From Acinetobacter phage vB_AbaSt_W16, in the sequence record PP174317.1: a DNA stretch of 64,000 nucleotides; one strand, written 5' to 3'. Made by a program: the position numbers and the translations under genes. The notes under the pieces were generated by a model that was given only the letters and a program-made list of their open reading frames with translations, ran no database searches and was not told the DNA's origin. Positions 48,413 through 61,132 of this stretch are shown here, one piece after another (position 1 is the first letter of the stretch; every line of letters begins with the position of its first letter).

Positions 48413-49291
48413 ATGTTCAATCAAGAGCCAAAAACTAAAATTGACACTGGCGAGCAAGGTAACGCCTCGACTGGTGATATTCTATACGATGGTGGTAATA
48501 AAATTAATTCAAACATGGATGCAATTTATAACATGTTTGGAGACCAACGCTTTTATAATCAAGGTGCAGCCGAAGGCAATCAAACAATTCATGCTACAGG
48601 CTATTATCAAAAAGTAGGGGCATTCGATTTTCCAACTCCTGCACCTTTAGGAACAATGTGGGATGTAGATTGTTCAAATGGATCGGTCGCTGTAACAGTT
48701 CAGCCTGGTAAAGTCGGTGAATGTATTGTAGTAGTAAACTCATTAGGTAATTGTAGCACATCTACCCCTATTGTAGTTAGATTGACCGGTGCTGGTTCAT
48801 TTGTGGGCATTGGACGAGATTTGGTAATTACAAGACCATTTTGTCGTGTTGAATGTTGGTGTATTGGTATTGATGCATCTGGAACTCCGATTTGGAATTT
48901 TTCACAATCATCAATGTTTGGGTCTACAGAAGTACCGATTGAAAAAACAATTAAATTAGATGTAACAAAACCTAATGTTATACCAATTGCCCATGTAGAT
49001 GAATATACTGCCATTAAGTTATTAATTAATGTGTCTGATACGGCTAATACTCAATTAAGACAGTCTGAAGCCTTATTATTAATTGAATCTCGTCCTGGTG
49101 TTCAAAATGTACATCATACCGAATATGCTGTAATACGAGCAGGTCAAACGGTAACTGATCCAGACAACTTAGTAAATATTAAGTATGAAGTCGGTACGGG
49201 TTCAATAGTAAACCTAGTGGCCACAACAAGTAAAGTAAATATGCGAATTGCTGTTAAAAGTATCGCAACACAAAAAATTGGGTCAGCATAA
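48413..49291 (+). CDS. 9: baseplate/long-tail-fibre socket gp9
   Basis: 292 aa from ATG 48413 with AAGGGGA Shine-Dalgarno sequence and late promoter; T4 288 aa. Confidence 0.8.
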   Translation: MFNQEPKTKIDTGEQGNASTGDILYDGGNKINSNMDAIYNMFGDQRFYNQGAAEGNQTIHATGYYQKVGAFDFPTPAPLGTMWDVDCSNGSVAVTVQPGKVGECIVVVNSLGNCSTSTPIVVRLTGAGSFVGIGRDLVITRPFCRVECWCIGIDASGTPIWNFSQSSMFGSTEVPIEKTIKLDVTKPNVIPIAHVDEYTAIKLLINVSDTANTQLRQSEALLLIESRPGVQNVHHTEYAVIRAGQTVTDPDNLVNIKYEVGTGSIVNLVATTSKVNMRIAVKSIATQKIGSA

Positions 49292-51102
49292 TGAAAGAAA
49301 ATTTAAAAATTGGTAATGTTGTTGATGACGGCACTGGCGATTACCTTCGCGAAGGCGGTATTAAAATTAATAATAATTTTAATGATTTATACGGTGAATT
49401 AGGAGATGGTTCAAATCCCCACCCTGCTGGCGCCTGGCAAACTATTAAATCATCAGCATCAAATATATTAGCTGCAAAATTTGGTAAATCATATGCTATT
49501 GATACAAATGCAGCAAGGGTTACAGTTAATTTACCGAAAGGTACAGTTAATGATTATAATAAAGTTATTCGTTTGCGGGATACTTTTGGTACTTGGCAAG
49601 CAAACAGTGTAACAGTTGTGCCTGCTTTGGGTGATACCTTAAAAGGCTCAAGTGATTCACAAGTTTTTGCTACAAATTTAACAGATTTGGAATTGGTATA
49701 TTGTGCCCCAGGTCGTTGGGAATTCTTAGCAAATAAATTACTTAATAAAATTTCAAACGGTGATATCGCAACCGTTATGAAAAAAGAATTTTTATGCACA
49801 GAAGGTCAAACCGATTTCATTAATATTTTTGGCGATGCAGATTATAATTTAGTTAATACGCATGTGTATCATAGAGGTAACTTACTTTACTATGGCGCTA
49901 AATTTTCTGCAGATTCTGATTATGGTTCACCTGGTACAGGAAATACTATTGTGCCATTGGATGGCAAAAGTATTCGATTAAGACAGCCAGCTCGTAAGGG
50001 CGATAGTTTAATGATCGTCACATATGTTGACGGTATCGCACAATGGCGTTCTACATATAATCGTTTAGATATTCAGCTATTAGACCAAAAATTAACTGAC
50101 TTAAAATCTGTTAACGGCGCCCAGCTTGTAACCGACTTGGCAACTTTAAATACTATTACTCCAGAACAAATGGGGTATACCTTAACATCAAATAGCGGAT
50201 TAATAAATCCTTCTACTTTTGAAGTGTATTTAAATGGTGTTATTTTAAATATGGCAGGCAAAGCTGGTACACCATTATTCGTTTGTGACGGGGCTAAAGC
50301 AGATAATCAATCGGATTGTGTTGCATTAGGCGGAGTTTGGAAATTATCAAATACAGATTATGCTTATACCTTAAATGATAATGGCGCAATTGAAAGTATT
50401 GAGTTTGGTCGAACTTTTGAACATGGTGATATTTTAACAATTAAATGGTTTAATAATGATATCGGTACTACTTTAGAGATGGACGATATTATTAATGAAG
50501 CTGATAAACACTATATTCAACATGGCACTACTTTTAATTTAAATGGTAATATCCGTATTACTGATTTTGATAAACCACAATGGCCAAATATCGAAGCTGT
50601 AGGCCAGGAAAAAAGATTAGTTCAAACCCCTATTGATCTATTTGAATTGGTATATCCAGTCGGAACAATTTATGAAAATGCAGTGAATCCAAATAATCCT
50701 GCAACATATATGGGTTTTGGTGTTTGGAAACTTTGGGGTCAAAAACAAGTTTTATTTGGTTGGACCAATGACCAGCAAGATACTCAGTTTGGTTTAAATA
50801 ATAACGACATTGATGCGAATGGTAATCCAACGGCTACTGCCGGAGGTACGGGTGGCGTACGAGCAATAACATTAGAAAATAATGATTTGCCGGCTACCGT
50901 AACCACAGAAAAAGCATTAGTTGCGGATGATAATGGTAATATTATCATTGGTGGTTGTCAATTTGATCCTGATGATGGTGGTCCTGCATATAACAAATAT
51001 AGAGAGGATGTGCTTAAAACAAATCCAACACACACTCCGCCAAACTCTATTGATATTTTACCGCCATATATTACTGTTTATCGTTGGATGAGGATTGCAT
51101 AA
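49291..51102 (+). CDS. 10: baseplate wedge gp10
   Basis: 603 aa (T4 602), ATAATG overlap. Confidence 0.85.
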   Translation: MKENLKIGNVVDDGTGDYLREGGIKINNNFNDLYGELGDGSNPHPAGAWQTIKSSASNILAAKFGKSYAIDTNAARVTVNLPKGTVNDYNKVIRLRDTFGTWQANSVTVVPALGDTLKGSSDSQVFATNLTDLELVYCAPGRWEFLANKLLNKISNGDIATVMKKEFLCTEGQTDFINIFGDADYNLVNTHVYHRGNLLYYGAKFSADSDYGSPGTGNTIVPLDGKSIRLRQPARKGDSLMIVTYVDGIAQWRSTYNRLDIQLLDQKLTDLKSVNGAQLVTDLATLNTITPEQMGYTLTSNSGLINPSTFEVYLNGVILNMAGKAGTPLFVCDGAKADNQSDCVALGGVWKLSNTDYAYTLNDNGAIESIEFGRTFEHGDILTIKWFNNDIGTTLEMDDIINEADKHYIQHGTTFNLNGNIRITDFDKPQWPNIEAVGQEKRLVQTPIDLFELVYPVGTIYENAVNPNNPATYMGFGVWKLWGQKQVLFGWTNDQQDTQFGLNNNDIDANGNPTATAGGTGGVRAITLENNDLPATVTTEKALVADDNGNIIIGGCQFDPDDGGPAYNKYREDVLKTNPTHTPPNSIDILPPYITVYRWMRIA

Positions 51103-51758
51103 TGAGCAAAAATTTTCAATTAGCCCAGAACTTTTCTCGTGAAGCATCACATCATGAGTTTGATGTTAAAAAGGGTAGCATTATTGTAGGCAATAATCAG
51201 CCAATCGGTTCCCCTTCAATTAGTCAAAGTCAAAAGGGAATTAAAGTGCCTAATGTAGAAGATGCGATTAATGATGTCGCATCTTTAACAATTTTACCTT
51301 TAAATACTATTATTATTAATGATGATGGTAATAGCCCACAAGGTATTTCTCAGATTGATGAATTTAAGTTTATTGGCTCGATTAAAGACCCATCAAAACA
51401 AACGGGTGATGAAGTAAAATTTGATTTCTATGGGTTCGTAGTACCTGTAAAAATTGGAGATAACGCAGAAGAAGTTGCAGCCAAAGTTAAACTTGAATTA
51501 GATTTGGCTAAATCGGCAGGTATAGTTTTCAATAGAGTAGAAAATGGTGCCACTTTAGATATTCTTCAATTGACTTATAATGATGTTCAAAGCCATGAAT
51601 TAGATGATTTAGTACAATATACAATGCGAGTTACTCAAAATACTGTATCTCCGGCTAGAGGTGGCTACGGTATATGGAATCGAATTGGAACTCAAACTAT
51701 AACTTTAGACGGTACTACAAAACCTACAATTTTATATTATTTTAAACGAGAGGGTTAA
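51102..51758 (+). CDS. 11: baseplate wedge / STF-binding gp11
   Basis: C-terminal GYGIWN..G.QT.TLD block matches T4 gp11; start at MSKNF overlapping gp10 stop. Confidence 0.8.
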   Translation: MSKNFQLAQNFSREASHHEFDVKKGSIIVGNNQPIGSPSISQSQKGIKVPNVEDAINDVASLTILPLNTIIINDDGNSPQGISQIDEFKFIGSIKDPSKQTGDEVKFDFYGFVVPVKIGDNAEEVAAKVKLELDLAKSAGIVFNRVENGATLDILQLTYNDVQSHELDDLVQYTMRVTQNTVSPARGGYGIWNRIGTQTITLDGTTKPTILYYFKREG

Positions 51759-51759
51759 G

Positions 51760-53292
51760 ATGGCTGAGACTCCATTAAATAATACATTTAAGCATATTTC
51801 GGATGAATCTCGATATACATATTTTGACCCAACTGGTACTTTATTTCCGGCTACAGTCAAAACTGTTCAAGAAGCTTTAGCTTTAACATCGCCGACTACA
51901 TATGCTACTACAACGCAAGCTGGTACTATTCAGCTTGCAACACAAGATGAAGTAACTGCAGGTGTTAATAATACAAAAGCAGTTACACCGGCTACATTAG
52001 CAGAACGTTTGAAATATCCTGACGCTACTACAACTGTTAAAGGTATTGTATTTTTGGCAAGTAATGCAGAAGCCCAAGCCGGCACAGTAGCAACAAATAA
52101 AGTGGTTAATCCTGCTGCATTAAAATATACTCTTGATTGGTGGTGGGCAAATAAACTTGCCACAGAAACTGCTAATGGTGTGCTTAAATTATCTACACAA
52201 GCTGCGGCGCAAGCCGGAGTAGATGATACTACTGCAATGACTCCATTAAAAGTCAAACAAGCAATTAATTCGGCTACAAGTAATTTACCTGTTCCGGTTA
52301 AAGCTACAGAAAGTGTGCAAGGTTTAGTAACATTAGCAACAGTTGCACAAGTCACGCAGGGGACATTGCGTGAAGGGTATGCCATTTCACCATATACCTT
52401 GATGCAATTAAAAGGTAATTTAACTCGATATGGTATTACTCGTGGTGCAACATTAGCGGAAGCTAATGCAGGAACAGCCGATGACTTATATATTTCGGCA
52501 AAAGGATTTAAAACTTATAATGCTAATGATACAAATTTTGGTACAGTTAAGACTACTACTACTGTAAGCCCGACCGCTCAAGCAGGTACAGTTTTAGCAT
52601 CTAATGCTTCAGTTTTAGGAACTAATTTAACAACACAACAAACTGTAACTGGTCCAGTTAATTTTAATGGGATAATGAAAAAAGGTAATATTGATGTTGC
52701 TACAACAAAAAATATTACTGATGCAACACCAATTGGTGTTATCCAAATGTGGTTAGGTGACCAAGCACCAACCGGTGGGCTATGGGCATTGTGTGATGGC
52801 GGTGCAGAGTCTAAAGCAGCTAGACCTGATTTATTTGCTGTAATTGGTTATAAATTTGGTGGTTCGGGTGATACATTCTATCGCCCGGATATGAGAGGTC
52901 TTTATGCTCGTGGTGCTGGTCGTGGTAAAGACATCATTGCAAACACTGGATATGACGAGTTCAATAAACCTCTATTAGGTAATGGTGTAGATGGCGGTGT
53001 TGTTGGTCAAGTTCAAAAGCAACAAATTCGCGAACATAAACACATCGTTTCTTGGGGCGAGACTCGTCGAGAGACACCTAACTTCCCATTTGGTGGCACA
53101 GAGTTAAGTAAATATTGGGGGACTAGTGGACGTGAAGATCATGATAATGGTTGGATGTTCTCTAACGATGGAACAGAATTTGAACCTGCATCAGTGCGGA
53201 CCGAATATTCTACTGTCAACTCTAAAGAGTTAATTGGAACAGAGACACGCCCTTGGAGTATGTCTGTAAATTATATTATTAAGGTGGCTTAA
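51760..53292 (+). CDS. 12: short tail fibre gp12
   Basis: 510 aa, repeated TxxAGT/VKGIV beta-motifs, synteny. Confidence 0.85.
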   Translation: MAETPLNNTFKHISDESRYTYFDPTGTLFPATVKTVQEALALTSPTTYATTTQAGTIQLATQDEVTAGVNNTKAVTPATLAERLKYPDATTTVKGIVFLASNAEAQAGTVATNKVVNPAALKYTLDWWWANKLATETANGVLKLSTQAAAQAGVDDTTAMTPLKVKQAINSATSNLPVPVKATESVQGLVTLATVAQVTQGTLREGYAISPYTLMQLKGNLTRYGITRGATLAEANAGTADDLYISAKGFKTYNANDTNFGTVKTTTTVSPTAQAGTVLASNASVLGTNLTTQQTVTGPVNFNGIMKKGNIDVATTKNITDATPIGVIQMWLGDQAPTGGLWALCDGGAESKAARPDLFAVIGYKFGGSGDTFYRPDMRGLYARGAGRGKDIIANTGYDEFNKPLLGNGVDGGVVGQVQKQQIREHKHIVSWGETRRETPNFPFGGTELSKYWGTSGREDHDNGWMFSNDGTEFEPASVRTEYSTVNSKELIGTETRPWSMSVNYIIKVA

Positions 53293-55142
53293 TGACAACT
53301 AAAGTAGATTTTTTACCATATGTAGATGGTATTCCAACAGACGGCCAACACCGTCTTAGTTGGATTCGTAATGGCGACCTTTTAAATGGTTCTGATACAA
53401 AATATGGCAATGAAGGCAATCTAAATGCCTTCGGTGTTGAATTGCAAAAAAATATCGTTTTCTTAGCGGAAAATATTGATGTTTTAGAATCAAATGCTAA
53501 TATTACACAAGAAGAACTTGAAAAAATAAAAGAAATTTTAGGTGAAGTTGGTACAGGTTCTATCGTCGAAAAGGTTAATGCAAATACAGAGAACATTGAA
53601 TTAATTAATAAAACTGTTGAAACATTAACAACATCTTTTAATGAAAGTAAATTAATATTAAATCAAGCTGTAACCGATATTGGTATTAGAACTGAATTAA
53701 ATGGACCTAATAATATTTTTACAGATTTAGGTTTTATTAAATCTAGAATTGGTAATAATGAAAATGAGGATATTAGCGGATTACCGAGTGATGGCAATCC
53801 CGCCTCTGGAATTATCTTAAAAATATTAGATCAAGGAAAACAAATTAATAAAAACTTATCGGATTTAGAAGAATTAAATACAAAGTTTAATGATTCAGAT
53901 ATTAGTGGGTTATCCCAAAATATTGATAAGTTACGGTTAGAACTTGGTCAATCTCCTGAGCCTAATACTCCGACAGTATACGCTAGACTGAATACATTAG
54001 AATCATCAGATAAAAGTGTTAAAGAACATTTAGATGAGATTGATAATAAAATCGGTTCTGGTAATATATCTGAAAAAGTTGAAATTAATACTGGTGAATT
54101 AAATACATTAAAAGATTCTATTAATAACCCAGAAACTGGTATTAAAAAATCAATTGAAGATTTAAAACAAAACCAAGATACTCTTTTGACAGATTTGGCT
54201 AAAACTAATGAAAGTTTAGAAAATGTAGCAACCAAATCTAATACTAATGAAACAAATATTGGCACATTAAATGATACTGTAGGTATTAATAACGACGGTC
54301 CAAATACTTTGTTACAGAGAACCGCTAATCTTGAAACTGTGCAACAAAATCAAACCACGACAATTCAAGATATGGAAGTAATTTTGGGTACAAGCACGAC
54401 TGGTTTACAAGGTGATGTGCAAAATCTGAAAAAAGCTTTAGATGGTGACAGCTCAGCTAGTGATCCTGTTGCACAGGCCGGGCTTAAGGCTATTAGTTCC
54501 GCTTTAATTGATAAAACAAACGCTTTACAAGAAACTCAAGATCGTATTGTGGCCGCTGGTGCATTTTCGTCTAAAAGCTTTGTTCTTTTAGGGGATGCAA
54601 CTACAAATGTGGTCGCCAGTGATATTGCGAAAGTTTCACTTGTGCGAGCTTTACCTCTAATGACAAAGGGCGTAAATGGTGCAAACTCAATTTCAATTTT
54701 ACCGGATTATGTATCTGCAAAATCTGCTGATGTGATTTTAGTTAATATTGGTACTTATGATTACTTATTTGATCGGGAATTGGGTACATTGGCTGATGCT
54801 AAAGATGGAACAGAAGCTGATACTTTCTATGCAGATGTATATAAATTATTCGCAGATTTAACAGCTGGCACTTCCCGTGTTTTAACCTGTACTGGATTTA
54901 GATCAAAGGGGTTTAAAGATTCAGTTGTTTCTTATCCAAATAATAATGGTGTAAATACTTCATATGATAAGTATGTTTTAGCCGTAACAGAAGTTGCCGA
55001 TATTTTTGGCATTCCAGTTATTCCAACACACCATGAATTAGGTATTAGCGCTAAAAATATTGATTTATTCGCAAATTCCGATGGCTTAACAAAATTGGGG
55101 ATTGATAGATTCTCTATTTTAGTGGCCCAATCATTACGATAA
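53292..55142 (+). CDS. wac: fibritin (wac) with non-T4 C-terminal SGNH-like domain
   Basis: N-terminus LP(Y/F)VDG.P..GQ.R.SWI.NG matches T4 wac; central coiled-coil; C-terminal 190 aa novel. Confidence 0.75.
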   Translation: MTTKVDFLPYVDGIPTDGQHRLSWIRNGDLLNGSDTKYGNEGNLNAFGVELQKNIVFLAENIDVLESNANITQEELEKIKEILGEVGTGSIVEKVNANTENIELINKTVETLTTSFNESKLILNQAVTDIGIRTELNGPNNIFTDLGFIKSRIGNNENEDISGLPSDGNPASGIILKILDQGKQINKNLSDLEELNTKFNDSDISGLSQNIDKLRLELGQSPEPNTPTVYARLNTLESSDKSVKEHLDEIDNKIGSGNISEKVEINTGELNTLKDSINNPETGIKKSIEDLKQNQDTLLTDLAKTNESLENVATKSNTNETNIGTLNDTVGINNDGPNTLLQRTANLETVQQNQTTTIQDMEVILGTSTTGLQGDVQNLKKALDGDSSASDPVAQAGLKAISSALIDKTNALQETQDRIVAAGAFSSKSFVLLGDATTNVVASDIAKVSLVRALPLMTKGVNGANSISILPDYVSAKSADVILVNIGTYDYLFDRELGTLADAKDGTEADTFYADVYKLFADLTAGTSRVLTCTGFRSKGFKDSVVSYPNNNGVNTSYDKYVLAVTEVADIFGIPVIPTHHELGISAKNIDLFANSDGLTKLGIDRFSILVAQSLR

Positions 55143-55147
55143 AATAA

Positions 55148-55166
55148 GGGGCGAAAGCCCCTTTTT
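55148..55166 (+). terminator. rho-independent terminator after wac
   Basis: GGGGC-gaaa-GCCCC-TTTTT. Confidence 0.8.
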
Positions 55167-55175
55167 GAGGTTTAT

Positions 55176-56096
55176 ATGTTTACACAACCAAAAACGCCAA
55201 AACAATTAAAAGATGATATATTAATGAGATTGGGTGCGCCTATTATTCAAGTAGAAGTCACCGAAGCACAAATATATCAATGTATTCAAAGAGCCCTAGA
55301 ATTATACGGGGAGTATCACTATAATGGATTAAACAAAACATATATTGCTATTCACATTGGAGATGATGATCAATATAAAAATGGTGTTTTCGATTTAAGT
55401 GATGAAAATATTTTTGCGGTGTCACAAATTATTCGAGGCAACACAGGATTATTACTAACTTTAGATGGTAGTGCAACCTATTCGTGGGCATCTGATTTTA
55501 TTTTAGGAATGGCCGGAGTTAACGGTTGTAATTCAGGAACCCGTGCATTTGGACCTAATGGATTTGGGGCAAACTTGAGTTACTACACGACTATTATGCA
55601 GTATTGGTCAATATTACAAAATATGTTTAACCCTATTCCTGATTTTTGGTTTAATGACGATACTGGCCAATTAAAGCTATCTGGTAATTTTAAAAAGGGT
55701 GATTTAATTTTCTTAGAGGTGTGGGTTAAATCATTTGTTGATACAAATTATGCCGTAGGCTCATATGCTGGTTATGGGTATGCGCAAGGTGAACAAAATC
55801 CATGGTCGGTTTCAGACCGATATAATAATGCAAATTATAATGTAACTGGATATATTGCAGGCGAATCCCAAGGTACAAAACAAGGCGCCTTTAATAATCG
55901 TTGGGTAAAAGATTATGCAACTGTATTAGTTAAAGAGTTAAATGGTCAAATTTTAGCTAAACATCAAGGAATGCAGTTAGCCGGTGGTACTACAGTAGAT
56001 GGTGTCAGATTAATTGAGGAAGCCCGGCTAGAAAAAGAGCGTTTAATTGATGAATTAGACTCATTAGCAGCACCTCCTGGAATTTTAATGGGATAA
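55176..56096 (+). CDS. 13: neck protein gp13
   Basis: 306 aa (T4 309), synteny. Confidence 0.8.
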   Translation: MFTQPKTPKQLKDDILMRLGAPIIQVEVTEAQIYQCIQRALELYGEYHYNGLNKTYIAIHIGDDDQYKNGVFDLSDENIFAVSQIIRGNTGLLLTLDGSATYSWASDFILGMAGVNGCNSGTRAFGPNGFGANLSYYTTIMQYWSILQNMFNPIPDFWFNDDTGQLKLSGNFKKGDLIFLEVWVKSFVDTNYAVGSYAGYGYAQGEQNPWSVSDRYNNANYNVTGYIAGESQGTKQGAFNNRWVKDYATVLVKELNGQILAKHQGMQLAGGTTVDGVRLIEEARLEKERLIDELDSLAAPPGILMG

Positions 56097-56100
56097 AAAT

Positions 56101-56874
56101 ATGACTACATTTGATAACCGATTATTCGCTAAATTAGAAAATGGTACTGGTTATAACCAAACTAATGAGGGGTCTGTTTTAAATCCATATGTAAATTTTT
56201 ATCAATTCGAAAATGTTCAAACTTTGCAAGATGCTCTTGTTGCAGAAAGTATTCAAATGAGAGGTGTTGAATGTTACTATATGCCAAGTCATTTTGTCAA
56301 TAAAGATGAATTATTTGGCGAAGATGTTCAACGTAAGTTTGATAAGGCCTGGAAATTTGCAGCATATTTGGATTCATTTGAGGGATATTCTGGCGCAAAC
56401 ACATTCTTTAGCAAATTTGGTATGCAGGTTGAAGATGAAATAACTTTGACTGTAAACCCAAATTTGTTTAAATATCAAGTGAATAATCAAGAACCTAAAG
56501 AGGGCGATTTAATTTATTTTAAGATGGACAATTCCTTGTTCGAAATAACATGGGTAGAACCATATAACCCATTTTATCAAGTTGGTACTAATGCAATGCG
56601 TCGCATTACAGCGCAAAAATTCATTTATTCTGGTGAAGAAGTTAAACCCGTATTACAAAGAAATCCAGGTATACATATTCCAGAATTTGATGAACTTGAT
56701 CTTGAACCGGTTAATGCATTAAATGATGTTCATGATATTAAAACACCTCAATACGTTGAAGTAGATCAAATTAATAAAGAAGGTGAAGAAGTTATAGAAC
56801 CTTATGTAGTTATTAACAATAGGGGTATTATGGGCGATGGGTCACCTTTTGATGACGACTTTTTAGACGACTGA
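56101..56874 (+). CDS. 14: neck protein gp14
   Basis: 257 aa (T4 256). Confidence 0.8.
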   Translation: MTTFDNRLFAKLENGTGYNQTNEGSVLNPYVNFYQFENVQTLQDALVAESIQMRGVECYYMPSHFVNKDELFGEDVQRKFDKAWKFAAYLDSFEGYSGANTFFSKFGMQVEDEITLTVNPNLFKYQVNNQEPKEGDLIYFKMDNSLFEITWVEPYNPFYQVGTNAMRRITAQKFIYSGEEVKPVLQRNPGIHIPEFDELDLEPVNALNDVHDIKTPQYVEVDQINKEGEEVIEPYVVINNRGIMGDGSPFDDDFLDD

Positions 56875-56909
56875 TAAATATAATTATAGTTTAATTATAA
56901 GGATTTGTA

Positions 56910-57503
56910 GTGGATATCAATATTGAAAACATTTTAAAAACATGGTTGCCTGAAGATATTTGTCAGGAATATATTGATATCTTACACAGACCTATAGTAG
57001 GCAAAACAGAAAAACATCATATCTTACCTAGATCTCTTTTTCCTGAACATATTAAAAATCCTAATAATTTAATTGAATTATCAATTTATGATCATCTTGA
57101 AGCACACGAATGTTTAGCAAAAACAAATGAACATAAAATGATTTTAGCTTTTAATTTTATGTTTACAGCTAATTATAGAAGATATTCTACTTTAACTGAA
57201 GATCAAAAATTAAAAGTAAAGGTAAAAAGAACTAAAGCACGACTTGCAATGTCTGATGTTAAATCAGAACAGGGAAAACTGTAAAATCCTTTTTATGGAA
57301 AAACTCATTCTGATGAGACAAAAGCGATAATAAGCTCGCATCATAAAGGCAAAAAATTATCTGCCGATCATATTGCAATTCTTGTTGCTTGTCATAAAGG
57401 TAAACCAAAGCGCAAAGTTAAATGTCCTCATTGTGGTCAATTAATTGCAATACATGCTAAAAACCGACGACACTTTGATAATTGTGCATATAAGGAGAAT
57501 TAA
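56910..57503 (+). pseudogene. HNH homing endonuclease interrupted by in-frame TAA (57282-57284); N-terminal HNH domain + C-terminal NUMOD3 (NPFYGKTHSDETKA) and CPHC zinc finger
   Basis: same reading frame continues after stop for 72 codons with hallmark homing-endonuclease DNA-binding motifs. Confidence 0.6.
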
Positions 57504-58326
57504 AATTTTTGGTCACTGGTACAACTCCTCTCTCCGTCGCTATTGTGTTTTAATGGGTGATTTATTCTCTCATGTACAAGTAATGCGTCGGAGAGAAGGT
57601 GATAAAATAGAATTAATTAAAGTCCCTATTACATTTGCTTCAAAAGAACGCTTTATTATGAAACTAGATGCAAAAACATCAGTTAATAATGGAGATGGTT
57701 CTATGGCAAAAGTGGAAACAATTTTGCCAAGAATGTGCTTAAGCTTGGTAGATTTAGTATATAACCCAACATATAAAACAAATATAACAAACAGAACTAT
57801 CAGGAATCCTGCGAGTAAAACCTCATTAATTTCGCAATATAATCCGGTTCCGGTTAAAATGATTTTTGAGTTAAGTGTTTACACTCGACATCAGGATGAT
57901 ATGTTTCAAATTATTGAACAAATATGGCCATATTTTCAACCACATTTTTCAACCCAAATGAAAGAATTGCATGGCAATGATATTACATTTGATAGAAATA
58001 TCAGAGTTACAATGCAGTCGGTGGCCTTAGATAATCAATTAGAAACAGACAAAACTACACGACGCCGATTGGAAACTGCTTTTATATTTGAAGTTAATGG
58101 GTGGTTATACCCACCTGTTGCTGAAATTGCTGGTGAAATTCGTACAATTTATATTGATCTTTTTGCAAATGAAAAAGAGTTAAATGCCTCAGGACGCTTT
58201 GAATCGGTTGACACTCAAGTATCGCCAGAAGATATAGATTATAATGATTGGGACGGTAATCTTATACAGTCAGTTTCGGCCAATGTTCCTATTCCTGTTG
58301 CACCTGAACCACCTCACCCAAGGTAG
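57445..58326 (+). CDS. 15: tail sheath stabiliser / tail terminator gp15 (probable true start AUU at 57505 after AAGGAG)
   Basis: [12 protein letters not shown]...LMGDLFS... colinear with T4 gp15 from its Met1. Confidence 0.85.
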   Translation: MQYMLKTDDTLIIVHIRRIKIFGHWYNSSLRRYCVLMGDLFSHVQVMRRREGDKIELIKVPITFASKERFIMKLDAKTSVNNGDGSMAKVETILPRMCLSLVDLVYNPTYKTNITNRTIRNPASKTSLISQYNPVPVKMIFELSVYTRHQDDMFQIIEQIWPYFQPHFSTQMKELHGNDITFDRNIRVTMQSVALDNQLETDKTTRRRLETAFIFEVNGWLYPPVAEIAGEIRTIYIDLFANEKELNASGRFESVDTQVSPEDIDYNDWDGNLIQSVSANVPIPVAPEPPHPR

Positions 58327-58331
58327 ATGTT

Positions 58332-58816
58332 ATGAGTAATACCCAAAATTTTTTAGATCAAATTATGGACTTCACCGACCTACCCGGGGTTGGCGGTGAA
58401 GAACTGGTTGTTTATAAACCATTGGAATTAACTGATGTTGAATCTAATCCTCAAGATCGAACTATTGATTTAAATGAAGATTATGCCAAAGTTCGCAAAA
58501 CATTAGATCATCAACAACAAATGCTTTTTGATGCAGCCAAAGTTATGCTGGAAACGGCAAAAAATGCAGATTCTCCTAGACATATGGAAGTATTTGCAAC
58601 CTTGATGGGTCAAATGACTACAACATCAAAAGAAATTCTTAAACTTCATAAAGAAATGAAAGACATTACAAGTGAAAATGTCTCAACCCAAAACCCAGGG
58701 GATAATTCTGGTGTAAATATACAAAACGCGCAAGTATTTGTCGGGGGTCCTACTGAACTTATGGATAAACTCGGTGATGCTTTTGAAACTAAAAACCTTA
58801 ATGTGGTAGACGAACA

Positions 58817-58820
<4 letters not shown>
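58332..58820 (+). CDS. 16: terminase small subunit gp16
   Basis: 162 aa (T4 164), synteny. Confidence 0.8.
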
Positions 58821-61106
<2,286 letters not shown>

Positions 61107-61132
61107 TTGAAAAAGAAATAACAGGAGTCATC

